Shown here in pieces: positions 62,476 to 64,000 of a stretch of 64,000 nt of DNA. The stretch lies in NCBI GenBank assembly GCA_951406725.2, contig OX597820.1, positions 19,654,001 through 19,718,000 on the forward strand, written 5' to 3'. The stretch's first letter is position 1. Every line of letters starts with the position of its first letter. Under the pieces are notes generated by a model, which was not told the origin of the DNA, did no database searches, and saw nothing but the letters and a program-made list of their open reading frames with translations. The translations under genes and the position numbers were made by a program. This stretch comes from Octopus vulgaris (Eukaryota).

Positions 62476-64000
62476 AGAGGTTCTTTCGGTTATTTAGTGG
62501 TGCCTAATAATGGAATTATCACTTGTTGATATGAGGGAAAACAAAAATAGAAAATAGAGGCTGATTGATTTTTTTGCCTGCGTCTAGCAACTATTGGGTT
62601 ACTAATAATCGCAGAAGCAGAAGAACCTAGCTCTGTGAGTTGTCATCAACTCCCAAAGGGCAAGTGGAAACAACATAGATGGTTCTTGACCAGCCTCACT
62701 CCTCAGCTTTTACCTTAGATTAAATCTTAATGGATCCAAAGCTGCTACAGTTCTAGACATTTCATGGAATACAGTCTGACATTTCGTTAGTCCATTCTTC
62801 ACCTGACCTCACCTTTTTTTTTTTGTATATTTCCCCCCATCCCAGTTTCCCACCCACCCACCCACATCCAAAACAAAATTATAAATAGAACTAGACCAGT
62901 TGGTCAAATAATAAAAAAAAAAATAATAAATTTTTTTTTTGCTCCCAGAAGGGTGCAAAACATAAACTTGCAACTTGAAACTGGATAAAAAAAAAATTCT
63001 GACAAAACCAGCAAAGAATAGTTGTTCCAAAACCTGCGACTGCAGATTTCTATCAAAGAAGTCTGTGACTGTTGAGCTGCTTATGCAAATCAGGGGCTTT
63101 ATCATTTCGACTTTTATTTCTTAATTAATAGAAGGACTACACGACATTTTTTTCTTTCTTTTTTTTATATATAATATATATACAGAGATGTAAAAATGTG
63201 AGGCTAAAAAAATGTGTTTATTAAATAAAAAAAAATAAAACACACACACACACATCCCCCTTCACTTAAGTCTACCTTATGTCTCTACTGATTTATTATT
63301 ATCATCATTATTATTATTATTATTATCACCATTATTATTATTATCCTCATGTTTTTAAATGTCCAGTCCCTCCTTGTCAATTGAAGCTACTGCTATTATT
63401 AATCTGTGTCCTGTTGAAGACCCGATGTCAGGGCCCCTAATGAAAAAGTAAACAATAAAAAAAGACAAACACTCAAAGAACAAATTCAATTTGGTTTTTA
63501 CCATTTCCTCCCTTGAAAGACAAAGACATAAAAAGATGAAGAAAGAAAGAAAGAAAGAAAACAAAAATTTAGATGTTATTTTTTTCTTGTTTTATCATAT
63601 TTTTTTCTCAAGTAAACGAAAAACAGCCATATCAGACTTTGTTTGTGTTTGCGTGTGTGGGTATATGTGTGCGGCTGTGTTGTTGACTGTGAAAAATTAA
63701 TGGTGACAATTTGGGGGGGAAGGAAAACGCTTTAAAGCGTTCAGGCATCTCATCTTTCAGCTTCAGTTCCTTTGCCGTTCTGTCTATACTTCGAACCTCG
63801 ACTTCCTTTCGACCACACTGGCACCAACGTTACGGAACCTTTATTTTCAACCCCCCTCATCTGATTACACGTGTTGGAATCGAACCCAATTCTCAGCAAA
63901 GGGAAGGCAACAAAGATGTCTCGCTCTTCCCTAATCCCCTTTTACACACGCACATACTCACACACAAAAAATGACATAGAACAATCTTCTTTTACTATAT
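62476..64000 (+). other. BCL9 3' UTR (end not determined)
   Basis: Follows the stop codon; no recognisable SINE copy; AATAAA hexamers at 62910 and 63224 among others. Confidence 0.55.

Overview
AT-rich, microsatellite- and SINE-dense animal genomic DNA; the repeat landscape looks like a coleoid cephalopod, most likely Octopus (inference). The window is largely occupied by one + strand gene, a BCL9/legless ortholog (Wnt/beta-catenin co-activator), recognised by its HD1, HD2 and HD3 motifs. Well-supported, phase-consistent coding exons are 35951-36236, 46141-46197, 54172-54656 and 57916-62475; a probable first coding segment is 28185-28265, which would give about 1822 aa. The most interesting signal is a probable spliced ~90-aa upstream ORF in the BCL9 5' leader (22243-22346 + 27952-28120). 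It sits with a UAAUG stop-start, a second uORF and competing hairpins over its AUG. The introns also hold several Penelope-type minimal hammerhead ribozyme motifs, including a U3-A8 covariant core and one fused to a tRNA-like head. Other repeats are piggyBac-type MITE dimers, Helitron and Merlin-like MITEs, a CR1 fragment and at least four tRNA-derived SINE families. Most ORFs in the supplied track are microsatellite, SINE or antisense artefacts. All splice models are read by eye, with no transcript evidence.
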